DNA from: Haliotis cracherodii
Lineage: Eukaryota
NCBI RefSeq assembly: GCF_022045235.1
Contig: NW_027266269.1
Span: 6,386,001-6,450,000, forward strand
DNA length: 64,000 nucleotides
Direction: 5' to 3'
Positions 11,930-26,028 of this stretch are shown here, one piece after another. The notes beneath the pieces are model-generated. The model was not told where the DNA came from, did not search any database, and saw only the letters and a program-made list of their open reading frames with translations. Made by a program: the position numbers and the translations under genes. The stretch's first letter is position 1. Every line of letters begins with the position of its first letter.

Positions 11930-13900
11930 AGAGATTTATCCTGTAATACAGTTAAAAAAAAAAAATTCTGGTTGTAACAATGATTGCATAATGCTTGACA
12001 AAGTGTGAAGAGGGAATTTGTTGGTGCCAGTTTTGCTGAAAGATAATAATCTTTGTTTAAATGTAGTTAAAAATAGTTTTTCATTGCCGGTGTCGTGTGA
12101 AATCCACACAATGGAAAATCCAGTGTTAAATATTATGCTTCTTACACCGGACACCCAATTCGTTTTCCCTTCATCATCTAATTGCTTTAGCATGTTGTTG
12201 CATTCAAATGGGTACCTATGAGCTTCCATTATTAATAATGTTATCCAATAGTTAACAACACGCAGCTGCCTATGAACACAGATACTTCGGCGACCAGTTT
12301 CACCAAGTACCGCCTTATTGGAAGCATATTTACCAATGCCTAAAAATCGCTTAAAATACAAAGTATGAACTTTTTCAATGGATTCAATATACTGCCCTAC
12401 ATTTCCAAGCCATATAAGTTTTGGTACAACTTACCATCAAATATCGAATCTGTTTTGCTTAAATAATTATAAACAGGAAACATTGCCTTAGATGCCTGAA
12501 GCGCTAAGGTCTCACAAGCATTGGACTTGAGGACATTAATAGTCCTACATACATATAATTACTAGCGATTGTTAAATGTTTATCACCATATATCCAGTTT
12601 TCATGCTTCGATACAGTACCACAAATTCTAAAAACAATAACATTGGTTTTCTCAAGGTTTACTTCTAAACCCCACTTAACACAAATGAACTGCAATACAT
12701 TAAGCTGTTTCTGCAAACCTACCACATAGTAGAACATCAGGGCACATCATCCGCGAACAGCAATAGCATAATATCTTAACGTACTTTGTTACAAACGCAC
12801 CAAGATGCATTATTTGTAAATTTCTTAAACAAGTTCGTTTATAAAAAAGTAATTAATAAGACGGGGCTTAAGATGCAAACTTGACGATCTCCATTGGAAG
12901 TAGTCAAGCAAGGAGTTATAAACGAGTCAGTTTCAATACATGCTTTGAATGAGGAATACATATTTTAAAGAACTATTGACAGTTTTTCACAACATCGTTT
13001 AGTGATCAATAGGTACTGCAGTTGTTTATTTCTATCTAACGCTTTGGGGAAGTGAAAAAAGGCGCAATAAAAACGACCTCTAGGTTTACATTAATATTTG
13101 GAACAAAGTAACTGAGAACAAAGATATTGTCAACTGCAGAATACTCAGAGCAAAACCTTGCCTGAGCTTCAGATATATCATTTACTTCAGGCCAAAGTCG
13201 TTTTTCAAAAATAAATTCAAAATGTTTTCCCATGACATTAATACAGATATGCCTCTGTAAACCCATGTACCAAAATACAGACTTCCTCCTGAGCAAGTTG
13301 TTTACAGTACCTGCCATTCAAACTGATATGCCTTGGTTGACTTGTAAGACATTATCATTATCATTCCAATATTCCATGCATCAGGGAAACATCTGTGTGA
13401 AGAGTTTTATTGAATAGAAGCAACAAATATGGTATTAGAAAATCCCCTGATGTTTGGTAAAATTCTGATGGGAGTCCATCAACGCTTTACCATTTTTAAG
13501 ACTTTTTTATGCTTCTCTCACTTCATGTTCTGTAATCTCACAAGATCACATTTTTTCCATTAAAGGAAGTTCTGTACAGTCATAACACATATAAGTATTT
13601 AACAAATCAGCTAGTGATAGATCAAATTCTGATTTTGCCGTCATGCACATCGGATTCAATAAATTCTGAAAATAGGAAAGCCATGCATTAGCAGTTTTTA
13701 CGTAACGACATCTAAAGTATTTTCCAAAACGATTTACAATCTCCATAATGCGCAGCTAACTTAATTTCTTCACTGAGTTTTGTTATGCTGCATTTTCGTA
13801 CGTTCAAAAATGCAAGTTCAAATCACAGTTATGATTTCTAAACTTTTTCTAATACTTTCTAGATTTCATATCCTGACAAACCAGGCTGGCTGAGATAAAC
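11930..13900 (-). mobile_element. Degraded L2/CR1-group LINE reverse transcriptase
   Basis: Fragmented minus-strand ORFs: EAQARFCSEYSAVDNIFVL, a LLFADD-like RT motif near 12750, WGLEVNLEKTNVIVF, KRFLGIGKYASNKAVLGETGR; many stops. Confidence 0.85.
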
Positions 13901-14019
13901 GACGTTTACTCAGTCGTCAGATACGTGAATGGAGGTACTTCAGTTTTAAACCGCTCAGGCGGGGGAGTGCACTGTATTCTAGATGTTGGTGGTGAAATCC
14001 TATTGTTATTAACAATGTT

Positions 14020-15100
14020 ATAAAATGTATATTAGTGATCTAAGCAGTTCCTTGTCTTCCTGAATCCGTTTTGCTCGTTGACCAAGATCTTACGTTCTTT
14101 GATAAAAAAAAGTCTTTTATTCAATAATTCACTTATTATATCTTGAAATATCTCTGCACGCCAACGGTTATCTTATGCCTGTGGAACCTGGTTTCAAATT
14201 TGGTGTTTCATTCCCTGCTTGTTTGAAACAGGAACACATCCATTTAGAAACGACGAACTGATTACCTTTGCAATATTTCAATACGTGTGTCGTATCCCAG
14301 GGCCTGTGTTTGAATATTGTCCACAGCAACAGATTTGTGTTGTTTTGCTCTAAACAAGGCAGCATGTACTTCATTCTTTGCAATAATGTCATTAATTGGA
14401 GCTCTTTCAACTGAGTCAGCAGAATCAACTTCAATGTTTTCTTGTAAGTGTTTAATTGTCTGTAGTTGGTTGTCATCAAATGTCGCTATTTCCTATCAAG
14501 TTTTCATTGCTCCTGTAATTCCGAACGCCAGTAAGTTTCGAACGGGAATTGTTTGGTTTGCTGTAGTCACAGGACATAATTTATCGAAGGTATTGGTCAT
14601 ACGAGAAACAAACTCACTATATGTCTGACTGATCTCATGTTCATGCGCTATTCGTCTTATTTCGTGTAGAACACCCTCCAAATCATCGTTGAGAAAATTG
14701 TTTGTGATATATTTAACAGGTAGACTCCAAAGTCCAGCTAGGTAAAAAGTACATACCAAAGGCTTTCGTCAGAGTCAGTATTTATTACCTCTATCGACAA
14801 ATCTATCAATGAGTGATCGGTATTTTATTTGGGCCACATTAGCATTGGTAAGTAATTCAGTCAAACTTCCCACTGCGAAAGCATGATATAACGGTATTCC
14901 AGGAGTCGTAAAAACTATTTATGCATCCCGCCTTTTCGGTTAAAACCTAAAAATCATGTGAAGTGTTAGGAAGAGGATCGAATAACGACTCGTGAATAAC
15001 TTTGTTCAAAGTTAAAAGCAGCTTGAATGTTAATCACTGGCGCCATTCAGTCTATCCCTTTTCAAAGCATCGCCGCGCAAGCAAGGAAGTGTATCTAGGT
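14020..15100 (-). mobile_element. Further LINE (L2/CR1-group) remnants
   Basis: PNLKPGSTGIR (pre-RT motif) and an FVSRMTNTFDKLCP linker-like peptide, frames broken. Confidence 0.45.
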
Positions 15101-15429
15101 CAGTTATCGTTGTTATCACGCTTGCTGACGTGCTAAGGATCAACCATGGTCTTTTGATCTGCCAATGTAAGTTTTAAAATGAACATGTCAAATAACATCA
15201 ATATTACTTCTAATATACTCTGCAAAAATAGAAACGCAAGAGTAGTAAAATCTTAAATAACTGACAACAAGTGTTGCCAACATCCATACAAAAATAATAC
15301 CAAAATAATACCAAATATGCACTGAGATTTATTTGTGTGGAAACAATGAGGTACTGCAGAGATTTGGTGAAAAGATGGAAAAATCGCAAAAAAACACAAT
15401 CACCTGAGAGCCTGTCGCCGAAACCCATC

Positions 15430-16235
15430 AACATGACATGCACGTGCAACAACACTTGTTGGCCTAGAAAAAACCCGTTGGGTTTTCATTTGCATGCCAT
15501 CACAATTTTACAACAAGTGACAACGAAAACATGCCACGTTTGACGGAAGCCAAACGCAGCAACGCCATCGGCCGACTGCAAGCAGGAGAATCATCTTCAG
15601 CTGTGTCCAGGTTTTTCCACGTAGCACCAAGCGCCATTACAAGACACAGGGACAACACGTGACCTTCCCAGATCCGGTCGACCACGTAATCACTCCTACA
15701 GCACAGGTCTATTCATACGGCTACGTCACTTACGAGAAAGAACCACCACAGCCACCTCCACAACTACGGCAATACCAGGATTGCATACGATATCAGTCCA
15801 GACAGAGAGGAACCGTTTATGCGCTGAAGGTATTCGTGTTAGGCGACCAGTTCGAGATGTCATCTTGATGGACGGCTGCGACGTCAGTGGTGTCAAGGTC
15901 ACAGAGTATGACCACAACTGCGATGGATTCAAGTTTGGTTCAGCGGTGACTCACGAATTATGCTTCTCCATGTATTTAGTAGATGTGGTGTTGACAAGCG
16001 TGGCGGGGTGGCAGTAGTGTGATCATGTAGGCAGCCATCAGCAAGTTTTAGCAATTTAACGACACAACGTTACACGGATGAGATTCTTCGGCCCCATGTC
16101 CTTCCCATGATGCAAAACCGAACGTCATTTTCCATCAATACAACGGCTGACATCACATGGACATCCAGATCTCCAGATTTAGGTCCAGTCGAACATTAAT
16201 TTTTACGCACTGGATCAACGACTACGAGCGCGTCA
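15430..16235 (+). mobile_element. Tc1-family transposon relic
   Basis: MPRLTEAKRSNAIGRLQAGESSSAVSRFF HTH start near 15530 and an SPDLGPVEH-like motif near 16170; homologous to 55635-56640 and 60165-60808. Confidence 0.75.
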
Positions 16236-16373
16236 GTGAGTGAGTGAGTGAGTTGGATTTAACGCCGCTTTTAACAGTATTCCAGTTATTTCACGGCGTG
16301 TCAGCTTAATGTGGGAGGAAAGCCCGAAGTGATGCAGGTCTCAGACGTTTACTACTTCGGTGAAACCCACGAG
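16236..16373 (-). mobile_element. SINE family B, 3' part
   Basis: (GAGT)n then AACGCCGCTTTTAACAGTATTCC, matching 61348-61480. Confidence 0.8.
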
Positions 16374-16678
16374 TACATTTTAACATGATTGTAAAACTGC
16401 CCCTAGACAGAGCAGTTATTCTCAATATTGGTTTCATTATTTGATATTGGAAACATGATCTTATAAAGTTCTAACAGAGCAATGAAAAGAGTATATGTCC
16501 AAGCTCAAATTAATGAATTGAAGAAAACACTCGTGGATCTATTACAATCTTATAAGATCAGGTTTACCAATACCAAACGATGTAAGTAGAGTGATGTTCT
16601 GATATTATTCATATAACCATTTATATTATTAATAGTATTATTTTATGTTTTTATTTTATTCTTGGTTTTATTGTTTTT

Positions 16679-16739
<61 letters not shown>

Positions 16740-16760
16740 TAGCAGTAGTATTGGTAGTAA
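16679..16760. repeat. (AGT)n microsatellite
   Basis: About 18 perfect AGT units followed by degenerate units. Confidence 0.95.
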
Positions 16761-17432
16761 TAATAATGAACTCCTTCTCACCACATCTCATACACTAGTT
16801 TAAAACCAACATGAAGTTCATAATACACCGTTACTAATATCATTTCGTTATAAACAGAGAGCCAGTCGTAACAATATTAAGTAACTATAGTCAACGTGAC
16901 CAACAGCGTGTAGCTCCCATTGGTGACCTCCATACACAATTGTTATCAATGACAATGACAAGGCTTATTTATACGGCAATGGTTCAAGTGGAGCAACATG
17001 TGGATACTAGATAACATCAACCAGAGGCTAGACTAACATTTAGTCCCAGACATAAAGGTTTCTTATTTAAAAACATATATATATGCAATAAATAATACAA
17101 TCCTAATGGAGCCAAGAACAATGCTTATCTGGACCAAATCATTCTAGCTCGAGTTGGATTCTTTTTTTAGTTTCTTCTCTAGCGTCAAAGAGACTGACTA
17201 ACCAGAGGCATGCTTCACCACGTATCAGCTGGAGTGACCTGCACAGACTTTGTTGAGTCACAAACTCACGAAATCTGACACTGTGCACGGACAGGGAGGT
17301 CGTTGAGTGTTGCCGTAGGACGAGCTGGGAATGAAATGATTTCATTTTGTTATAAAATTTAGTTTTAAAAATGGTTGTTACACAGTGCACATGATGATCA
17401 AACTTTAGATCGCAATGTCCATTTAAAGATAA

Positions 17433-17660
17433 GGTGAGGTGAAATGGGGTTTAACGTCGCGTCCAAGATTATTGCACTTACATAGCGACGTGCATGCACG
17501 TGTGTGTGGCTGCTTGTACTAGACCGGACTGATGCCGTTGTTACAGCGCTAGCCCACCGAGATACTATACCGCAGTTTAACATGAATATCCCACTCAGAC
17601 ACAATACACTGACTCCGAGCCGACCAGTCCTTGTTTTAGCCCTTTAATGCAGGGTAACAA
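17433..17660 (-). mobile_element. Meta-domain-type SINE (family C)
   Basis: Reverse complement reads AAAACAAGGACTGGTCGGCTCGGAGTCAGTGTATTGTGTCTGAGTGGG...GTACAAGCAGCCACAC...GACGTTAAAC. Confidence 0.75.
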
Positions 17661-17721
17661 CCACCGTGCTGGTCATATTGGACATCAGATTCAAACCTCT
17701 TGAACAACTTTTGGTGTCATC

Positions 17722-18035
17722 AGTGGTGATCGCCTCAATTGTCTGGCGGATAGAGAGTCTGTCGGGAGATCAGAAGGTCGGTGGTTGAATCCCCAGACGC
17801 GTAATACAAAAAGACCTGGATTGATGGCGCTCAGGATTCAGGGGCTCAAACAAGGAGTATGGGCTCTGAGTTAGTATACTGTGTTACAATGGGGTTTCCA
17901 TGATAAACTGGGCGTGGTATTTCAGTGGGCGTGAACCATCAAACAGGCATAAGGCCGGACTAGTACAAGCAGCCACACACATACACTCAGGCACGTCGCT
18001 ATAGTGTAACAATCATCAACGCGACGTTAACAAAC
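17722..18035 (+). mobile_element. Meta-domain-type SINE (family C) with degenerate tRNA head
   Basis: GGTTGAATCCC B-box-like motif, family C core, GCGACGTTAAC tail; head-to-head with the previous copy. Confidence 0.65.
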
Positions 18036-18419
18036 ATACTTTATTAAATAGCACAGTTACCAGTGAGTGAGGTAAAAATTATCGTCGCATCGGCATTATT
18101 TGTAGCAATATAGCGACTAGTTAACAAGACATAGTGACTGAAATCTAGTACACATATCTGATATATTAGAAGCTAATAAAGGTACACTCACACATATACT
18201 TTAATAATCTGAATTGGACACGAATAAGGAATGAATACAAACATATCGGTTGATGAATAAGAGGAACCACACATATGTTAATTAGCTCCTATATATTTCA
18301 ATAAATAAAGCTACTTAACCCTGTCCATGTCCAATAGAAATCTCTGAATTACAATCTCTCGATTGTACGATTCCGACTATATCATGAGTATGTGTTTATG
18401 AATCACTATCAAATAGAAA

Positions 18420-19040
18420 TGATACGAGGTGAGCGTACCCTGCCCCATCGGTGGCACACATCATAAACACACGCAAGGCAGGTCAATTGTTCACCTGCAA
18501 AAATACGGGAACAAACGGTACAAGTCAATAGAGGGAATTGCATCGGACATCATTTTTGTCAATGATGCGTAAAATTTGGAAATGTCCTCCACACTCGATT
18601 GTATCTCAAAAATTGTGAAATGTAAATACCAAAGATTGTAGCTGCTGGAATATTGCTCGACATGAAGGGAAAGTTGACCATTGGAAAGCTTAAGTCATCC
18701 CGCTTGTCATATAGTCTTGTTGAGAGTGCTTTGTCACTCTGAATCCTTATACATAGATCTAAATATGAATCAGATGAGGCGGTCTCACTGGTCGCCTTTA
18801 TTTCTAACGGGATCAGGCAGTCAGGCTCACTGACTTGGTTGATGCATATCATCGATCCAAATTGTGTGGCTCGATGCTCATGATATCAATCACGGGATTG
18901 TCTGTTCCAGACTCCATCATTTACAGACCACTATCATATTGCTGACTGCGGTGTTATGGAACAACCCAACCAACCAACCTTTATTGCTAGTTCAGGTGGG
19001 TAAATCAGTGGGAGGTGAACCAGCAAGATGAACTGGTAAA
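18420..19040 (-). mobile_element. Penelope-like retroelement RT C-terminal fragment, interrupted by a family A SINE
   Basis: ORF 18559-18852 gives SYLDL..LYDKRDDLSFPMVNFPFMSSNIPAA..GIYISQFLRY. The upstream LIYPPELAIK lies beyond the SINE (18803-18977), which has 8-bp TSD CCTTTATT at 18795 and 18978. Confidence 0.75.
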
Positions 19041-20399
19041 CCTTGCGAATGTCAACTGACATTTTTTTTTATCACAACACAATATTTTAACACTATGACA
19101 TGACCAAACATAAAATACCAAAGAGAACTGTTTAGTCCCACTTTTTTGTAAAAGTCAAAAAAGCGAAACTGTCAGTTTAACAAGCACAACAATGTCAAGC
19201 GGTTCTACGCAGCCACGCAGTCAGCTTGCATCAAACATCTACATTCAGCTACAAGTTTAGGAATGAAAGTTTAACTGTAACGCACATCCATGCTTGACCT
19301 TTAAGATTTTGGTGAAGCCAAAGGTTTTCCAACCTTATCGATTCTGATCTGATCTGTGTTTGTCTGTCCCTGTACAGTTGACTGACGATACACGCGTTAT
19401 TTTATCTTACCCTCAGTGATAGTGGAGCTAGCAACTGCGTCACCATCCTTGGATCCAACTTGTAGGTATCATATCCACTTCTTAGCTGTTATATTTTTGG
19501 TGTTTTTTAGTTGATGTGTTTCAGATTTCTTTAATATTATATTGTGTATATTGTACTTATTTTTGTATATCGGGTATACCAACCTGGTTGTGGAAACTAC
19601 ATCCATATGTTTCTTTAGACTTTGATCTAACCACATAAATAATTGTGAAATTAAATGTTGAAATGGCATTTGTATATCTATCTCCTTAAATTTTGTCGGC
19701 GTATTCACTGACGTGTTCCTTCTAATCATTAGACGCCTAGTAAGTATGCTATACATAATTTTATTATCTGTTACTTTCAATGACGTAGCAGTTCGAGTAA
19801 CACGTACACGTAGATTGTTACAATTTTATTCAACATATCTGTATGTATGTCAATCATGTACATATCTGGACAATAGTTAAACGCTATACATATATTCATA
19901 TCTGGACGCAACCTCTGTTGTCCAGGATATATACATTCTGTTGTGATAAATGTCCTAGACCCATTCCCTACCACAGCTTCGTTTCAAACCGTATTCGAAA
20001 TACACAACATGAACAGTAGCCGTCCAATCAGCGTATACTCATGAGAGAGAATTCCTGTGCTTAGTTAGTGACAATCGCTTCTATGAATAGCCTGGATATT
20101 CGACATATTGAAAAACGCAGTGAAAGACCATATCCATATTACGATATGTTTAGGGTTTTTTTTAAATGATAGTGTTACTGTCATAAATGATAATGAGCAA
20201 TTACATTTATTTTACAGTTTTGCTTCGAATCATATGCGTCACATGTGCAATAATATTATGCAATAAATTTCTCAGTTACTCTGTTCGCAAGTTTGTCGAA
20301 ATGCATGGGACCTACGCATGCATGTTATCTCAGACTTTCAAGGAGGCGCACCGTTACAATGTTCACCTGAGCGAGATTGTATTCACTGTGTCGCTCGTG

Positions 20400-20507
20400 A
20401 CCTAACTCGCCATATCTAACAACTACATCACACGACACAATACGCCTCCCTGATCGCAACATATATGTAACTAACTGCGCACCAGTCCACGGAGACGGAT
20501 CTTCAAG
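20400..20507 (+). other. Candidate 5' exon of Schlafen-like copy B
   Basis: Strong donor CAAG|GTGAGA at 20507, after a relatively GC-richer stretch upstream of the SLFN core. The left boundary is arbitrary. Confidence 0.3.
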
Positions 20508-21634
20508 GTGAGAAACATAACTTGCAAAAGCTAGTTTAAGCTCTATTCATGTATTTTCTTATACAGTGATTGGTATAGTGCATAAATGAAACGTTCTGCC
20601 CCCCTGAGGTGGCTATGTTAATAATGGACGGTACTTTTCATAAAGTATGAGGTTTAAATACACTTAGCAAGGCCACACATAAAAGATTCGTACTTTGTTG
20701 TATTTCCTAAAAACGTTATTATGTTATAGCAGTGAGTGAGTATACATCGTACCGACAATATTTCCGCCATATAGCGATTGAAACAAGTTTTTAAATATTA
20801 AATACCTGCCGACAAAGGAAGTAAAACAATTCTGAATATAAAACAAACTCAGTTTATTCATTCAGTTAAAACATTCGTTCAACAAATTACTTATGCTTAA
20901 GACTCTTAATAAAGAGAGATTCTGTCTGCCACAAAAATATAGTGTGGCAAATTGCTTTATATTATTTTTATTAAGGGTAATAGTTCTTATTAAAAACATG
21001 TATGGTTTTGCAGATGTAACTGCCATCAGGATCTATATTATCACCCCAGTCACCAGTGGAAGTGTGCAACATCGTATAACGCAAGAAAAACTCAAAACAG
21101 TTTAACATTAGTTGATAATAGATAACATCATTTCTGTAAAAATGAATTTTAGACTTTCATTTTTAAACCCAATTGACACCGTGTCAAGAAACATCGGTGT
21201 GCAAAATTTCATTTCTCTTACCTAAAAAGTTTTAGAGTAAGTTTTTTTTTAAGAAGCGGATGGAAGGTCGAAAGTCTATATCCCCCGTTCAGTTTCATGG
21301 AGGGAGCGTGCAAAGTCCACACAGTCAAACAAATATGTTTGACGGTCAACTTCAAATCAAAAGGGATACATTTGGCAGATTCATCCTCATCATTAACACA
21401 ACTCATGAATAAAACGTATATGACAATTCGACACAGTCTAAAAAGGACCTCATACATGTAAAAGGACCTCATAGCCTATTGTTGATTTAAAATCATAAAG
21501 TTTATTAATACGTACTTGGGTGTCCTACCTCGTCTGCATTAGATACATGATGTAGGTTTTAGCGAATGGTTTAAAATCAATGTAGTTGCAAGCGTATGAG
21601 TGCCACAGTCTTAAACAGAAACATCATCTACATA

Positions 21635-22950
21635 GATGATACTTACATTTACGTAGGTGATACTTACATTTACGTAGATGGTACTTGCATTTACGTAGAT
21701 GATACTTACATTTACGTAGATGATACGTACATTTACGTAGGTGATACTTACATTTACGTAGATGATTCCTACATTTACGTAGATGATACTTACATTTACG
21801 TAGATGATACTTACATTTACGTAGATGATACTTACATTTACGTAGGTGATATTTACATTAACGTAGGTGATACTTACATTTACGTAGATGATACTTACAT
21901 TTACGTAGATGATACTTACATTTACGTAGATGATACTTACATTTACGTAGGTGATATTTACATTAACGTAGGTGATACTTTCATTTACGTAGATGATACT
22001 TACATTTACGTAGATGATACTTACATTTACGTAGATGATACTTACATTTACGTAGGTGATATTTACATTAACGTAGGTGATACTTTCATCTACGTAGATG
22101 ATACTTACATTTACGTAGATGATACCTACATTTACGTAGATGATACTTACATTTACGTAGATGATACTTACATTTACATAGATGATACTTACATTTACGT
22201 AGATGATACGTACATTTACTAAGGTGATACTTACATCTGCGTAGATGATACTTACATTTACGTATATTGATACTTAGATTTACGTAGGTGATACTTACAT
22301 TTACGTAGATGATACTTACATTTACGTAGATGATACTTACATTTACGTAGATGATACCTACATTTACGTAGATGATACTTACATTTACGTAGATGATACT
22401 TACATTTACGTAGGTGATATTTACATTAATGTAGGTGATACTTTCATTTACGTAGATGATACTTACATTTACGTAGATGATACCTACATTTACGTAGATG
22501 ATACCTACATTTACGTAGATGATACTTACATTTACGTAGATGATACTTACATTTACGTAGGTGATATTTACATTAACGTAGGTGATACTTTCATTTACGT
22601 AGGTGATACTTACATTTTCGTAGATGATACTTACATTTACGTAGGTTATACTTACATTTACGTAGATGATACTTACATTTACGTAGATGATACTTACATT
22701 TACGTAGATTATACTTACATTTACGTAGGTGATACTTACATTTACATGGATGATACTTACATTTACGTAGGTTATACTTACGTTTACGTAGATGATACTT
22801 ACATTTACGTAGATAATACTTACATTTTCGTAGATGATACTTACATTTTCGTAGATGATACTCACATTTATGTAGTTGATACTTACATTTACGTAGATGA
22901 TACTTACATTTACGAAGGTGATACCTTATTCTACGTACATGTAGATGATA
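21635..22950. repeat. 21-bp minisatellite (GATGATACTTACATTTACGTA)n, ~62 copies
   Basis: Directly visible tandem array with variant units (GGTGAT, CATTAACG, CCTAC). Confidence 0.97.
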
Positions 22951-23130
22951 CTAAGGAAAGGGACAGAGGAAAATAAACAACCAACATGCTCCAAATAAAA
23001 TTAGCACTAAATTAAAAAATCACCTTTATTTAAAATATCAATGTTTGTATCGAACTTGGGTCACAACTGCACAAGCCATCATAACTGTCTGTGTAACGAT
23101 ACGTACGATTATAAATCACATACGGAGTTG

Positions 23131-23215
23131 AAAGTATCTTGTGCGTAGATGAAAGTATCATCTACGTAGGTGTAAGTATCATCTACGTATATGAAAGTAT
23201 TATCTACGTACATGA
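23131..23215. repeat. Inverted copies (~4) of the 21-bp unit
   Basis: GTAGATGAAAGTATCATCTACGTAGGTGTAAGTATCATCTACGTA is the reverse complement of the array unit. Confidence 0.85.
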
Positions 23216-24402
23216 TAACAATATTTAGACTGTGGCACTTATACCCTTCCATCAATGTTTCGGATAACATGTATAGATATCGACAGGTCAAGTGCTGCTT
23301 CAGCTGCAGCATGAGCCATTGTGTTACCCACTATGACAATATGACCAGGCTACAACTCTTATAACAGCTATGCAGAATGTGTATGAGAGGGTCGTGACAA
23401 TACAGTTGTCTATTTAGAACTTTATTTGCGGCACAATTTATCATAATAATATGACCACTTATAATGCACTGAACTCCATGCAATTAAGCATGTTGATTCC
23501 GGATAAGAATATCGGTCCCCAGCAACCTATGCTAGTCGTATTTATGAGAAGGATACACAATGATATGTACTTAGATCATGGGGATGTTGTGTCGAGAGCT
23601 TCGTGTTTAGACCCTAAACTAGGTAACATACATTACACCAAATATGTATTCCATTTAGGATTTTAACACATTCCTAAACATGTCTTGTATTTGTTTACAT
23701 TCCAAACACATTTGTTTACAGCGCAGCGTGGCTATTGTAAAGATAGGGCGATAAAGCTCGAAATAAGCAGAAATAATGACCCCCACTTGTATTTTGTATG
23801 GTGTAAAATAATTAACCCTCTGGATGCCACGGGAACATATATGTCCCACCTCTTAAACTCTCACTCAAAATACACCACGCACACATATACACTTAACAGT
23901 TGTGAATTCTGTTGGAAATTCACTGTTCTGAGAAATCATTCGAAGTCATTTTAGGCAAAATTCAATTTCTGAAAACGACCTCTGCAAATTAAGTTTATCG
24001 TAAATATCGCTACTTTTGAAAGACTTTGCTTATTCCGTGATTTTGAGCAAGAGTTGTATCATGCTCTTTGAAAACATCGAAGAAAGGGCATGCTCAATTG
24101 TACCTCAAAAGTCAAAAGTTGAGAAAGACCAATCCTCAAACATGTTGCCAAGTTGTTTGATGTTTACTTCTTTAGCTAAGCCGTAAACCGTTTTTCGAAT
24201 CCCAGTTTCGCCCTGATTATAATTCTTGCTCTGTCTGTATCACATTTGTACCCACCATTTGTACTCAGGCAAACGATATTACATTGGTCTTAACATGCGT
24301 TGAACCCAACTCTAAAAATAGCATTAGTCCATTGTAGTAAGACAGCATTATTTGTATATTTGGTTGGATACGTGTTCTGTCTGAAGTCGTTTTTCGCCTA
24401 AT

Positions 24403-25055
24403 TGAGTGAGTGAAATTTATCGTCACATCGGCAGTATTTGAGCCATATCGCGACGAAACAGTTATAATAATTATATTTTGATTTAAGCTGTCAACGATGG
24501 ACAGTAAGATTACTAGAATATCACAGTTTCAATTGTAAAACTAGTTGACAACAGTTAAAACAATACATTTTTAATCAACAATACAATATACAAATGGGCT
24601 ATAGATCACCAGCAACCAAAGTTAGGCCACCTTACTAGAGACCGAGGGGACTTACATTACTTCTGCTACCTGCACGGCTCCCCAGGAGGATTAACACCAA
24701 CCCTTCAGCTGCTGGTAATGGTATGCAATTTAGCCAACCGATAAAATAAACAAATATACTACATTTAAAACCGAGGTAAGAATAAATGTACTTTGAATGA
24801 TGTGGTTTAACATATCCTCTCAGGGGGACAATAATTTCACGTTACTTCAACCCCCTTCAACAGCCCAAGTAGGTAGCCAATAGTTGGTTTAAGTTCATGT
24901 AATTTATTTATACCTACTTGAGTGTCCCACTTCTTTTGCATTAGATCATGGATGTAAGATCTAATTACGGGTTATAATCAGTGTATGGTGTAAGAAGTAG
25001 TGTCACAGATTTGGTGAGTGCTGCTTAAGCAGCAGCATCGGCCATTTTATTACCA
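24403..25055 (-). mobile_element. Nimb/I-clade LINE 3' fragment (RNase H end plus 3' UTR)
   Basis: Reverse complement gives KMADAAA.AAL.KSVT.LL.PYTDY...MQKKWDTQVGINKLHELK; ends in ATACTGCCGATGTGACGATAAA+ACTC tail. Confidence 0.7.
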
Positions 25056-26028
25056 ATGGTACCAACATGTTTTTTCGCCTAAAGTTTTTAGTTTGGACAT
25101 AAGTGTTTTCAGTGTAGGGCCAGGTTACCTGTAGATTTATTCGCGCTAAATTAAATTTAAAACGGGCAGAGTGACGTTTCAAATGTTAACTTTATTGTGG
25201 TTAAATCTACAGGTATTCAAGCTCGATATTGAAAACACAGTATGTTTATTTTAATTCTGGCATGGCTTGAGTCAAGTGTTTTTTGAGTTGGGGTTCGATC
25301 TGAATGTCGGAATCACCGATTGCAGCCTCTAAACAAAATATTGCGATGAATATGATCAAGCTGTTTGTTTACACCATAATACTTCACTCGAATATATGCC
25401 AACTTTGTAAGCTGACATGAGGTGGTGCTGCCGCCAAAGAAAACCAAGCAAGCACGCCAATATTATGACTATTTGAATCTGTTTCATTGATATGATGTTT
25501 CATTTTGTTTGCCAATATAATATTACTATTAAAGGAATCGTCTAAATTGTGTCAGCCAAACCTTAAATTTCCAGGATGTCGTACCGTGGCGGTTATATAC
25601 AACGAAATAATGGCAGAGCATGACTGAATGGATAGACAGTAAGTATTATCTATTATATTACTTAAACTGCACTTGTACCTTAGGAGTATGTAGTGCACAT
25701 TAACAATATAAGCTTCCAATCTGATGTCATAGTCAGTAATAGACATAACTGTATCCTTCAGGACATGAACAAATATCACCACAACAGCTGAAAGTAAAAT
25801 TGTAGTTCTTTATGACATCTAATTGAAACCACTTCTAAGGTTGTGAACGGATTTTTCCAGTTACTTCTGATGTCACTTTTTAAGTAACATTGCATATCTT
25901 AAAGATGCTAAGATAAATACCCATTCCAAATACACATTACTTCAGACACGCATGATGCTTCTGTGAAAGATAGCCGTGTGGAGGTGATATGTAAGTCGTT
26001 TTGTTGATTCCATCTTATTTCTGAACAG

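Noticed and set aside
21635-22950. CRISPR-like appearance of the regular repeat
   Set aside because: No unique spacers, no cas genes, and a eukaryotic context.
21596-22976. Long ORFs (208 aa +, 259 aa -, 76 aa +) with YVDDTYI / IIYVNVS repeats
   Set aside because: They are translations of a 21-bp minisatellite that happens to lack stops. Both strands are open, frames break mid-array and there is no splice context.
23812-23860. TTAA+CCCT piggyBac-like left end
   Set aside because: No matching right terminus was found in the window.
25102-25240. Imperfect inverted repeat (GTGTTTTCA..TACCTGTAGATTTA / TAAATCTACAGGTA..TGAAAACAC)
   Set aside because: Likely part of a small MITE; boundaries and TSD could not be defined.
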